This document shows positions 6,374 through 14,446 of a DNA stretch of 20,000 nucleotides, piece after piece. The position numbers were made by a program, and so were the translations under genes. Under the pieces are notes generated by a model, which was not told where the DNA came from, did no database searches, and saw only the letters and a program-made list of their open reading frames with translations. The stretch is from an uncultured virus (IMG/VR IMGVR_UViG_3300047322_000261) (taxonomy: Duplodnaviria; Heunggongvirae; Uroviricota; Caudoviricetes). The stretch lies in IMG/VR virus record IMGVR_UViG_3300047322_000261; one strand, 5' to 3'. Position 1 is the first letter of the stretch. The number at the start of each line of letters is the position of its first letter.

Positions 6374-8614
6374 ATGCCCGACGCGCCCGGAAGACTAACA
6401 GTAATAACAGGAGATGCTGGTAAGTCTTCTTACGACATAGCAGTTAAACATGGCTTCATAGGAACAGAAGAAGACTACCTAAACTCCCTGCATGGAGCTA
6501 CTGGAAACTCTGGTGGGTTTATTAATAAAGGTAACTGGCTAACTGGAACTACCTACAACCCAAGTGATTATGTCTTTGATACCGCTACAGGCGGAGTGGG
6601 GGAATCGGTATGGCTAGTTAGGTCTACCCTGTCTTTTGTATCAACCACTCATCCCAAGGACGACCTAAGTAACTGGTTTGAGCATATACCCGGAACACCA
6701 TTTGTTCCTACAACTAGGTTGGTTTCAACCCAATACTCTATTCAGGGTGGTGGAGACCTATCTGCTGACAGAACGCTACAGTTAGTTAACGACGTATTAA
6801 CCCCCGGAATCAACAAGGTCTACGGGACTGACGGTGCTGGTGCTAGGGGTTGGCAAGCAGCGGGAGCGGGCGGGGGAACAGGAGATGTAATTTCTGATGT
6901 TGGTGTATCTGTAGCCGACGAGCTAGTAAAGTTTGCTGGAACAACCGGAAAGCATGTAACAAGGGCAACAGGAACAGGACTAGCTAAACTTACTTCTGGT
7001 GTTCTATCAACAATAACCGACAATTCAAGTAATTGGGATTCTGCCTTTACCGACAGACTTAAGTGGGATGGTGGTGCTACAGGTTTAGTAGCGGCTACTG
7101 GCCGGACTAGCCTAGGACTGGTTATAGGGACTAATGTGCAGGCTTGGGACACAGACCTAGACACATGGGCGACATTGACTCCTAGTGCCAATTTTCAAAC
7201 ATTGGTTCCTCACACCTTCGCACAAATACGAACAGACTTAGGGCTAGTCATAGGAACAAACGTTCAAGCATGGGACACTCAGCTCGATTCGCTTGCTGCG
7301 CTTTCTTACACAGGAAACACACTAAAGGTAGTCCGTGTTAATGCTGGAGAAACAGGATTTGAGTTAGCTACAGTGGCGGGTGGAAGCGGAACAGTGACCA
7401 GCATAGCCACCACTTCGCCAATTACGGGCGGAACAATCACAACCACTGGAACGATAGCACTGGATGTTAGTGTAGATCACGCATTTACTGCGGCTCAAGG
7501 CATTACCCTGAGCGATGCCGCAACCAATACCGCGCCTAATCTACTTACTCTTGTTCATAATTCTTCTGCAACCCCGGCCGCGAATTTTGGTGCGGGCATA
7601 TTACTCAAGGCTAAAGACTCTACAACCAACAGTCAAGACCTAGCCGGACTGTCATCATACTGGGTTACGGCTACACATGGCAGCACTAAGTCCAATTTAG
7701 AATTTAAGGCAGTTTCAGCATCGGCACTAGGCGCACTGATGACACTGAAGGGAACAGGCTCTACTGGTGTTGGTATTTTAGATTTCCCGGGTGCAGGAGG
7801 ATTGACATTTAGTGGCGTTGCCACAATCGGAAAGATAGTTATTGGCGACGGAACGTCATGTAAACTTAGCGCGTCTACCTATCCAGATGGACAAGGCTCA
7901 ACTGGACATGTTGTCATCAGTAGCGGTGGTAACTACGTCGAATCTACCCCAACATTCCCTAACGCATCTGCTACAACCAAGAAGGTAATCAAGTCAGACG
8001 GGACTAACTGGGTAGAATCTACTGAGACATATGACGCGCCCGGAACCAGCGGTAATTTAATGCAGTCAGATGGGACTAACTGGACAAGCGTAACTCCCAA
8101 GACTCAAGTGTTTGCTGACGCACCAAACAGTATCGTTGCGATAAACGTCTTAACGGGTGCCCCAGCTACACTCGTAACAAAAAGTATAACATATTCCGCA
8201 GGGGACACCGTTATTATTACCGCGTTTGGCCAAATTGTAAATAACTCAGGGGCAGTAGCAACGTATTCCATTAAGTTTAACATTGGGTCAATGACTGCAA
8301 CGATGGCCTTCGCTGGAACCGTGGCAGCATCAGCAACGGTTAGAACGCCGGTCGAGATACAATTAGTCGTCAGTATTCTATCTACTTCGTCAGCTTGGTT
8401 GTTCGGGCGAGACTTGGCGGCGGTCGGGGCTAATTTAGGGACAGCTTCAGGAATTAACGCGACAAACTTTTGCCGATACGTGAACCAGCAAAGTTCATCC
8501 AACCTAACTGGAGCGCAAACCACAAACGTTCAAATGTTTTCTAGCACTAACACGGCGACTCAAAGTTTTGAACTGGCGGCTTACACTATCCAAAAATTTA
8601 CTACTAACCCATAA
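6374..8614 (+). CDS. Fibre-like virion protein (tail or head fibre), 746 aa
   Basis: G/T/S/A-rich; GKSSYDIAV..GF.GTEEDYL.SL motif, GGGDLSADRTL, two LGLVIGTNVQAWD repeats, GSGTVTSI, two SDGTNW repeats, all typical phage fibre modules. Confidence 0.78.
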   Translation: MPDAPGRLTVITGDAGKSSYDIAVKHGFIGTEEDYLNSLHGATGNSGGFINKGNWLTGTTYNPSDYVFDTATGGVGESVWLVRSTLSFVSTTHPKDDLSNWFEHIPGTPFVPTTRLVSTQYSIQGGGDLSADRTLQLVNDVLTPGINKVYGTDGAGARGWQAAGAGGGTGDVISDVGVSVADELVKFAGTTGKHVTRATGTGLAKLTSGVLSTITDNSSNWDSAFTDRLKWDGGATGLVAATGRTSLGLVIGTNVQAWDTDLDTWATLTPSANFQTLVPHTFAQIRTDLGLVIGTNVQAWDTQLDSLAALSYTGNTLKVVRVNAGETGFELATVAGGSGTVTSIATTSPITGGTITTTGTIALDVSVDHAFTAAQGITLSDAATNTAPNLLTLVHNSSATPAANFGAGILLKAKDSTTNSQDLAGLSSYWVTATHGSTKSNLEFKAVSASALGALMTLKGTGSTGVGILDFPGAGGLTFSGVATIGKIVIGDGTSCKLSASTYPDGQGSTGHVVISSGGNYVESTPTFPNASATTKKVIKSDGTNWVESTETYDAPGTSGNLMQSDGTNWTSVTPKTQVFADAPNSIVAINVLTGAPATLVTKSITYSAGDTVIITAFGQIVNNSGAVATYSIKFNIGSMTATMAFAGTVAASATVRTPVEIQLVVSILSTSSAWLFGRDLAAVGANLGTASGINATNFCRYVNQQSSSNLTGAQTTNVQMFSSTNTATQSFELAAYTIQKFTTNP

Positions 8615-8626
8615 CCTGAACCAGAC

Positions 8627-8656
8627 TTGCCATAAACTTATTCAGGAATGTAATAT
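8627..8656 (+). promoter_or_regulatory. Leaderless promoter for gene 8662
   Basis: TTGCCA(8627-8632)-18 nt ending TG-TAATAT(8651-8656)-5 nt-ATG. Confidence 0.7.
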
Positions 8657-8661
8657 AACAC

Positions 8662-8976
8662 ATGCTCTTACAGGCCAAAATCTTAGCTTGGTGGATCACT
8701 GTTAGTATAGCAACTCTTGCTGTAACATTCTGCCAAACCCCTCAGGTGGCAACACATACACATAAACACCAAGTAACTCACAGGCACAAAGAAGTTGCTG
8801 TTGGTTCTAAACCCGCCCCAACTCCTGCTACACCTAATACACCTAAACCAAGCCCGACCCCAGTTGACAACGCAACATATTTGGTTCAACCAGATGGTAG
8901 ATGGGAGTGGATTCCACCCGGCCCACACAAGATACATTCACAACTACAGCCAGTTAGGAGGCCTGACTCGTTCTAA
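8662..8976 (+). CDS. Secreted or membrane-anchored Pro/Thr-rich protein, 104 aa
   Basis: N-terminal hydrophobic helix, His-rich segment, PAPTPATPNTPKPSPTP linker; TAATG overlap with the next gene. Confidence 0.65.
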   Translation: MLLQAKILAWWITVSIATLAVTFCQTPQVATHTHKHQVTHRHKEVAVGSKPAPTPATPNTPKPSPTPVDNATYLVQPDGRWEWIPPGPHKIHSQLQPVRRPDSF

Positions 8977-9386
8977 TGTGGAAAAGATTTTACTTTAAGC
9001 CGTTCGAGGGGTTTATTGGGTTGTTTGTTATTGTCAACGGCTGGCTAACGTTGTTCCCAGTAGCAGAAGGTGGCTCTGCCGTTAAAGACAACCTATGGAA
9101 CCTTATGGGATACGGAGGTATCGCTATACCTATATTCCAAATCGTAGCGGGGTTACTTAAGGTGGTCGGAATAGCAATAAACAAGGCAAACCTAGAAGCT
9201 GCTGGACTTATTCTTGTTACGGCCATGTTCGGAATACGAGCAATCAGTCTTGTGTCTGACGGGGATGTTACAAACTCCGACATTAATAACTTGGTCATAG
9301 CTGTAGGAATCATGGCATCCAACATCATAAGGATAACCCAAGTAAGCAACAATCATGGGTTTATCATAACAGAAAGAAAGATTTAA
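8976..9386 (+). CDS. Integral membrane protein with about 4 TM helices, holin candidate
   Basis: Four hydrophobic stretches in 136 aa, located in the lysis region. Confidence 0.6.
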   Translation: MWKRFYFKPFEGFIGLFVIVNGWLTLFPVAEGGSAVKDNLWNLMGYGGIAIPIFQIVAGLLKVVGIAINKANLEAAGLILVTAMFGIRAISLVSDGDVTNSDINNLVIAVGIMASNIIRITQVSNNHGFIITERKI

Positions 9387-9394
9387 CACTAGGT

Positions 9395-9715
9395 ATGGAT
9401 TACGCTCCCGTAGTGACAGGTATTATTTCTTTCATCTTCGGGGGTGGACTTGTATCCGCTGCTGTGGCACTGTATAAGGTAAAGCCGGAAGCTGGCATGA
9501 TAGTCGTTTCGGCTGCACAGGGGGCCTTAGTAGTGCAAACAGGAGTTATAGATAATCTACAAAAAGAAATAACAAGACTTGGTCAAGAAGTTGAAGAACT
9601 TAAGGCTAAGTTAGATGATAGAGATAAGTTAATCATGGTGTTACAGAACAAGCTATTGTCTATGTCTACGTCGCAGGAAATCCACGACACCCAAATCAAA
9701 GACTTGCAGAAATAA
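9395..9715 (+). CDS. Single-TM plus coiled-coil protein (holin/antiholin-like)
   Basis: VVTGIISFIFGGGLVSAAVAL TM followed by heptads IDNLQKEITRLGQEVEELKAKL. Confidence 0.6.
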   Translation: MDYAPVVTGIISFIFGGGLVSAAVALYKVKPEAGMIVVSAAQGALVVQTGVIDNLQKEITRLGQEVEELKAKLDDRDKLIMVLQNKLLSMSTSQEIHDTQIKDLQK

Positions 9716-9751
9716 TTTCCGTTGCTATGCCTTGTTTCAGGCTTGTATAAT
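9716..9751 (+). promoter_or_regulatory. Leaderless promoter for gene 9757
   Basis: TTTCCG-TTGCTA(9722-9727)-18 nt ending TG-TATAAT(9746-9751)-5 nt-ATG. Confidence 0.75.
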
Positions 9752-9756
9752 ATAAC

Positions 9757-10032
9757 ATGGACGATGTAACCAAAACCAAGATTGAAGATCAGATTAAGGT
9801 AAAGAAATCAGAGGCAGAAGCTTTCTCTGCGAGCGCGCAAGAGGAACTCAATAAGCGCAATCGAGAAATCCAGAAGCAAACGGCAGACCTACAGAACCTT
9901 GCCCGTAGCTTCCAGACTGAGATCGACAAGCGTGCAGGAGCCATAGAGTCACTTCAGGCTATTATTACTCCAACAGATACAGACCCAAAAATTATTGAAC
10001 TTCCAAACCAGACAAAGCCTAGGAAAAAATGA
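9757..10032 (+). CDS. Soluble coiled-coil protein, 91 aa
   Basis: Continuous heptad pattern, own promoter, ATGA overlap with the lipoprotein gene. Confidence 0.7.
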   Translation: MDDVTKTKIEDQIKVKKSEAEAFSASAQEELNKRNREIQKQTADLQNLARSFQTEIDKRAGAIESLQAIITPTDTDPKIIELPNQTKPRKK

Positions 10033-10682
10033 AGTGGCTTTTGCTAGCATCTCTGGTTTTAGTTGGATGTGCTACACCTAGCGGTGTAACACCTAAGCCG
10101 GATATTAGGCCTGTTGTAGAAAGTCATCAAAAGGCTCAAGCTAGCGTTAAGAAATCTCAAGACTATGTTAGCAAGATTCAGACTAGCCAGAAGCAAGCTA
10201 CGGCAAGCATACAAAAAGCTACAGAGGCCTTGGATAAATACACCGGAGCATCAAGTGCTGCCGTTGACTCCGCACGAACAGCTTTGGCAGATGCGGCTAG
10301 GCAGCAGGAGGCTGCTAGTCAATACGCGGATTGGGCTAATACAGAGCTAGCTAATGCGTGGAAGTATGAATCTGATACGGGAGAAAAAATAACCACCTTA
10401 AGTGGACAAATAGATCAAGCACACAAACACGAACAAGAGCTAGCTGATTATGAAGCCAAGACAAAGCCAGTTATTGACCAAGTTAATAAGTGGTGGGGTC
10501 TTGGAGCTTTTGTGTATGGCGCAAAGGTATTGTCTAGGCATCTGTTTATTCTAGCTGCCGTAGTTGCTGTTATTGCGCTGGCTTTGTTTGCTTTGTCATT
10601 CTTCTTTCCAGTCATCGGACTTGCTTTCGGGGCAGTCAGGGGAGTATTAAATAAGGTAGTGAATATCATTAAGCGGAGGTAA
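10029..10682 (+). CDS. Lipoprotein with C-terminal TM, unimolecular-spanin-like
   Basis: MKWLLLASLVLVG-C lipobox, long A/Q/K/S-rich helical region, C-terminal TM LFILAAVVAVIALALFALSFFF and basic tail. Confidence 0.7.
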   Translation: MKWLLLASLVLVGCATPSGVTPKPDIRPVVESHQKAQASVKKSQDYVSKIQTSQKQATASIQKATEALDKYTGASSAAVDSARTALADAARQQEAASQYADWANTELANAWKYESDTGEKITTLSGQIDQAHKHEQELADYEAKTKPVIDQVNKWWGLGAFVYGAKVLSRHLFILAAVVAVIALALFALSFFFPVIGLAFGAVRGVLNKVVNIIKRR

Positions 10683-10683
10683 C

Positions 10684-10833
10684 ATGTTTACATTAATTAT
10701 ACAAGCCATATTCTTCACGGCCTTCGGGCTAACACTATTCGGCGTGCCATACTCAACCTTGGTAGCGCAGGTAGCAGCCCTTATCTTTGGAGTTTATCTT
10801 ATCATCAAAGCAATCAAAGCATCCAACGTCTAA
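10684..10833 (+). CDS. 49-aa two-TM membrane protein (holin/pinholin candidate)
   Basis: Below the track's size cut-off. Manual translation MFTLIIQAIFFTAFGLTLFGVPYSTLVAQVAALIFGVYLIIKAIKASNV; starts 1 nt after the upstream stop. Confidence 0.7.
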   Translation: MFTLIIQAIFFTAFGLTLFGVPYSTLVAQVAALIFGVYLIIKAIKASNV

Positions 10834-10836
10834 CCT

Positions 10837-10995
10837 ATGATGGACGCGACTTGGCAGGCTAACTTAATGCTAGTCCTGCATGGATTAATCTTACTACTGA
10901 CCGTTGTCGGGCTTGGTATTTTGCTCCGAGTGCTATACATCGTTAACAAATTCTACGAGGAAACAAAGGAATTACTGCATGCAGCCCAAAAGTAA
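10837..10995 (+). CDS. 52-aa single-TM membrane protein
   Basis: Manual translation MMDATWQANLMLVLHGLILLLTVVGLGILLRVLYIVNKFYEETKELLHAAQK; starts 3 nt after the upstream stop. Confidence 0.68.
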   Translation: MMDATWQANLMLVLHGLILLLTVVGLGILLRVLYIVNKFYEETKELLHAAQK

Positions 10996-11155
10996 AGGTA
11001 GCAAGATACAGGCAATCATGAATCAGTTTTATGGTAAGGATGCTCAGAGAGCGTTCTATAAACCAAAGAACACGAGTAACGGAACAGACTTACTTAGCAT
11101 GACGCTCCCTAGAAGTAAAAGTAACAAGCTTCAAAACACCAATAACCCTAAATGA
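10979..11155 (+). CDS. Small basic phage protein, 58 aa
   Basis: ATG 10979 preferred over the track's TTG 10904: MQPKSKGSKIQAIMNQFYGKDAQRAFY resembles a recurring small phage protein pattern (KG.KI...M...YG.....FY); ATGA overlap downstream. Confidence 0.55.
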   Translation: MQPKSKGSKIQAIMNQFYGKDAQRAFYKPKNTSNGTDLLSMTLPRSKSNKLQNTNNPK

Positions 11156-11640
11156 CTCCACTACTAACAATCACTTCTAAGGGCGAAGGATATACCGCAA
11201 CCGTGTATGATCTCGGAGACGGTAGCTACTCCTTCACTGGAGACATGGACAATGACGTAGATGGTTCCGATTTCTGGAGGCAAGACCCATGCGGTCAGTC
11301 AGAGACTACGTTACAGTTTAGTGGTAAGTCTATTAACTCTGGTGTGGTTCCCGGAATTGTGTTACCGCCGCCCATTATCAAGGCAGTAGTTCCAAGGGTT
11401 TTGGGATGCAGGGCTACGGCCACATGGAATGGTAAGACTGTTGACGGTGTTGTTTTTGACGTAGGCCCAACTAAGAAACTTGGAGAAGGTAGTTACGCAA
11501 TGCTTAAGGCTTTAGGTGCGCCCGCCTTTACTAACGGGAACGGTGGCATAGATGAACCCACTGTTGAATATAGGTTCTGGCCGGGCGAACCTGCTTATGT
11601 TAATGGAGTTACTTACGTTTTACAGAAATACGGAGCATGA
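11152..11640 (+). CDS. GH75 (chitosanase-like) glycoside hydrolase, probable endolysin
   Basis: MDNDVDG...DP..QSET...VPGIVLP...LG...GKTVDGVVFDVGP....GEGS.A...LG....GG....V.Y.FWPG follows the GH75 pattern with candidate catalytic Asp (DVGP) and Glu (GEGS); lies at the end of the membrane-protein cluster. Confidence 0.78.
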   Translation: MTPLLTITSKGEGYTATVYDLGDGSYSFTGDMDNDVDGSDFWRQDPCGQSETTLQFSGKSINSGVVPGIVLPPPIIKAVVPRVLGCRATATWNGKTVDGVVFDVGPTKKLGEGSYAMLKALGAPAFTNGNGGIDEPTVEYRFWPGEPAYVNGVTYVLQKYGA

Positions 11641-11831
11641 TCTACGACTACAACAACGATCCTAGATACGCTGACAAAGCTTTCAATAGTGAAGCTAGGG
11701 TTATATCTCCAGAGCTTAAGAGACTGTATATAGAGATGGAACAAAATCCTAACTACCACATTAGTAGAGAGTGTTCGTTTTACCCTCGCGGGTTTCCCAA
11801 ATCTTCACCCGTCTGGTCAGTAGCTTCTTGA
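11637..11831 (+). CDS. Hypothetical protein, 64 aa
   Basis: ATGA overlap with the GH75 gene; no motif recognised. Confidence 0.55.
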   Translation: MIYDYNNDPRYADKAFNSEARVISPELKRLYIEMEQNPNYHISRECSFYPRGFPKSSPVWSVAS

Positions 11832-11857
11832 CCTTCTCATAGCTCGGAATGTAAAAT
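11828..11857 (+). promoter_or_regulatory. Leaderless promoter for gene 11864 and the tail operon
   Basis: TTGACC(11828-11833)-18 nt ending TG-TAAAAT(11852-11857)-6 nt-GTG. Confidence 0.65.
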
Positions 11858-11863
11858 GTAGGT

Positions 11864-12073
11864 GTGGATACCTACTTAGTTACATTACTCAATCCGGCAG
11901 CTAACCCTGACGAGATCGAGGAAGAATACATCTATGCTGACTCTCAGCAAGCAGCCGAGAGCGAAGCAGCTAACCTAGTTGCTCGCCACCCTTTCAACGA
12001 TGTAAGTTTGTTGACAGTAAGGCTAGTAGACCCACAAGAACTCTATCATGAAGAAAGCTCCCATACCATTTAA
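11864..12073 (+). CDS. Small acidic hypothetical protein, 69 aa
   Basis: GTG start directly after a promoter; beta-beta-alpha-beta-like pattern (YLVTL...YIYADSQQAAESEA...LLTVRLV). Confidence 0.65.
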   Translation: MDTYLVTLLNPAANPDEIEEEYIYADSQQAAESEAANLVARHPFNDVSLLTVRLVDPQELYHEESSHTI

Positions 12074-12299
12074 CGAAGAAGCAGTAGAACCAGCAGGCTC
12101 TCCAGACCCAGACGATAAGGGTTTTCATAACTTCCTAGACAGTGTAAATTTCCGGCGCAAGATTCATGACCCCAACTACCCAACAAAGGGAACTGGGGCA
12201 CATGTTCCGTTATGGGTAGCACCGCAACTAGCACATCAATTAATTGCAACACACGGAAGAACAGGACATGTTATTCCGCATCAGAATGATTCACTGTAA
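12048..12299 (+). CDS. Hypothetical protein, 83 aa
   Basis: ATG start, TAATG overlap with the fibre gene. Confidence 0.6.
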   Translation: MKKAPIPFNEEAVEPAGSPDPDDKGFHNFLDSVNFRRKIHDPNYPTKGTGAHVPLWVAPQLAHQLIATHGRTGHVIPHQNDSL

Positions 12300-14446
12300 T
12301 GGAATTTAATCCATTTAGGCTAATAGTCCCGCAGAATAACGAAAACATCAAGTCTATTACTCTAGTCAGTAACTTAGACTGGCTAGACCTATCTGGTGGG
12401 ACGGTTACTGGTCAAGACGCTCAACTACCAATCTCGGCTAAGTCTAACACTCCAGCACTACGAGTGTTCGCTACGGGTGTAGGTATTGGGGTTCCGTCCA
12501 TGATTCCGCTGGTAGCGGGTCATATCCCTAACATAGAAATTTCTCAGGTAAACGGGTTACAGTCTGCGATTAACTCGATCATTAAGACCTTTGCTAGCGC
12601 GAACGACACAGCTATCTCTATTTCTAACAACGGGGTTGGCGACTATACGCTAACCCCTCATTTTGGTTCCTCGGCTAACACGCTAGCACAAGGAAACGAC
12701 AGTAGGTTCCCCGCTAACGTAACGGGACTACGAAAGAGTGCTGGCACTGGTTCTACTGATATCGCCGCAGTTGCTAAGACTGACTACTGGGACACAACAA
12801 ATTTTGTAGCCTCTGGTGCTTCGCACGCTAAAGGTCTTGTGCCAGACCCCGGTTCATCGGCAGGAACTACTAGGTTTTTACGAGAAGATGCTACGTGGGT
12901 GGCTCCGGCTGGCTCTGGAACGGTAACAAGCGTAGCCCTAACAACTCCCGGAGTTTTGTTCTCTGTAGCTGGCTCGCCAGTAACAACTGCTGGCACGCTA
13001 GCAATGTCCCTGGTTACACAGACAGCTAATAGAATCTTTGCTGGCCCTACCAGTGGTGGAGCGGCTACTCCTACATTCAGGGTTCCTGTATATGCAGACG
13101 TTTCTCCTATTGTTGGCTCAAGTGCTAGCACGATAGCAGCAGGTAACGACACGAGGTTTCCCTCTAGCGTTACTGGTTTACGAAAGTCCGCTGGTGCAGG
13201 CTCTACAGACGTAGCAGCCGTAGCTGGTGTTGACTATGCAGCCGCTACAACTTTTGGCTCTAAAGGCCCCTCTCACTCAATAGGTCTAGTTCCAGACCCC
13301 GGAGCAGGATCAGCACCATACGTTAGGTATCTAAGAGATGACGGATCGTGGCAAGTTTTCACTCCAGATATCGCAAGCCTAACAAACCCGATGTTAGCTA
13401 CAATGTCTGCCAAGACATTAAAGGCTAACGCTACAGCAGGAACAGCTAGTCCAACAGACGTTAGCGCATTGGTGGCTAGGTCGTCTGCTTTACTTAATCT
13501 CGAATCAATAACTTCTTTCGGTAATGCTAACTACGCTGGCTTGGCAACTGACAGATATATTTCTACGTCTGCGAATTTTACAGCAACTCGGACGGTAACA
13601 CTTCCTCTGGCTAACACATTTAACCCCGGACAACAGATCACAATTTCGGATGATTTTGGAGCTATTAACGGTGCGTTTTTTATGATGATCGCCCGATCTG
13701 GCTCTGACACTATTCAAGGAACTCCGGCGTCTCTCGTTATGGATGTTCCTAAGGGTGGCTACGTCCTTTCTTCTGATGGAGTTAGTAAGTGGTTTGTAGT
13801 TAAGAGATACCCGGCCACCAGAAGGGTTGTCATAACCAGCAACGGAACATACACTACACCTACTGGAGTTAAGTTTCTCATTATAGAGGGACTAGGCGAC
13901 GGGGGTGGTGGCGCAGGGGCATTAGGAGCATCTTCTCAGGCCTCAGTTGGTGGTGGTGGAGGGGCCGGGGGATATGTCATTAGGTTTGAATCTCCACCGC
14001 TGGCTTCTTATGCGGTAACTATAGGCCCCGGAGGTATTGGCGGAATAGGGGCATTAAATGGGGGTAATGGTGCAGGCACGACTTTCGGTGCTGTCTTGGC
14101 GGCTAATGGTGGCAATGGTGGAATCACTATGGCTACAGGAACCTCTACTCTGTTTGTTAATGGCGGACTAGGACAGTATGGTAGTGCGGGTGACTGGGGT
14201 TCGGCTGGTGGAGACGGAGGAATGGGCACTAGACTATCTGGCACTGTTGCAGCGTCAGGATTTGGTGGAGCGGCATCTCTTTATAGTGGAACAACTCAAG
14301 GCAAAACAGTCCAAGGTGACGGACTAGATGCAAGCGCAGCTAGGCACTTCGGTGGTGGTGGTGGGGGTGCAGTTTCCTTTAACACAACCCCACAAACAGG
14401 TGGCCCCGGTGGACAAGGGGTTATCATAGTTACGGAGTATTACTAA
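12299..14446 (+). CDS. Tail fibre protein with internal duplication and glycine-rich C-terminal domain, 715 aa
   Basis: ISQVNGLQSA, duplicated GND.RFP..VTGLRKSAG...GLVPDPG....R.LR.D..W block, GSGTVTSV, AGPTSGGAATPTFR, C-terminal GTYTTPTGVK...GDGGGGAG...GGQGVIIVTEY. Confidence 0.82.
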   Translation: MEFNPFRLIVPQNNENIKSITLVSNLDWLDLSGGTVTGQDAQLPISAKSNTPALRVFATGVGIGVPSMIPLVAGHIPNIEISQVNGLQSAINSIIKTFASANDTAISISNNGVGDYTLTPHFGSSANTLAQGNDSRFPANVTGLRKSAGTGSTDIAAVAKTDYWDTTNFVASGASHAKGLVPDPGSSAGTTRFLREDATWVAPAGSGTVTSVALTTPGVLFSVAGSPVTTAGTLAMSLVTQTANRIFAGPTSGGAATPTFRVPVYADVSPIVGSSASTIAAGNDTRFPSSVTGLRKSAGAGSTDVAAVAGVDYAAATTFGSKGPSHSIGLVPDPGAGSAPYVRYLRDDGSWQVFTPDIASLTNPMLATMSAKTLKANATAGTASPTDVSALVARSSALLNLESITSFGNANYAGLATDRYISTSANFTATRTVTLPLANTFNPGQQITISDDFGAINGAFFMMIARSGSDTIQGTPASLVMDVPKGGYVLSSDGVSKWFVVKRYPATRRVVITSNGTYTTPTGVKFLIIEGLGDGGGGAGALGASSQASVGGGGGAGGYVIRFESPPLASYAVTIGPGGIGGIGALNGGNGAGTTFGAVLAANGGNGGITMATGTSTLFVNGGLGQYGSAGDWGSAGGDGGMGTRLSGTVAASGFGGAASLYSGTTQGKTVQGDGLDASAARHFGGGGGGAVSFNTTPQTGGPGGQGVIIVTEYY
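12665..13351 (+). repeat. Diverged ~78-aa intragenic duplication (12665-12898 and 13115-13351)
   Basis: GSSANTLAQGNDSRFPANVTGLRKSAGTGSTDIAAVA...REDATW versus GSSASTIAAGNDTRFPSSVTGLRKSAGAGSTDVAAVA...RDDGSW. Confidence 0.9.

Noticed and set aside
6035..10350. Alternative-frame plus ORFs 6035-6295, 8795-8998 and 10165-10350, including a possible embedded Rz1-like o-spanin
   Set aside because: No lipobox or signal peptide and no recognisable motifs; the 10029 protein already has both membrane anchors.
10904..10978. Track's 5' extension of the 10904-11155 ORF
   Set aside because: Overlaps a better-supported 52-aa TM ORF; ATG 10979 is the likelier start.
12665..13351. Diversity-generating retroelement template/variable repeat
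   Set aside because: Both copies are in-frame within one gene, differences are not adenine-specific, and no reverse transcriptase is visible.
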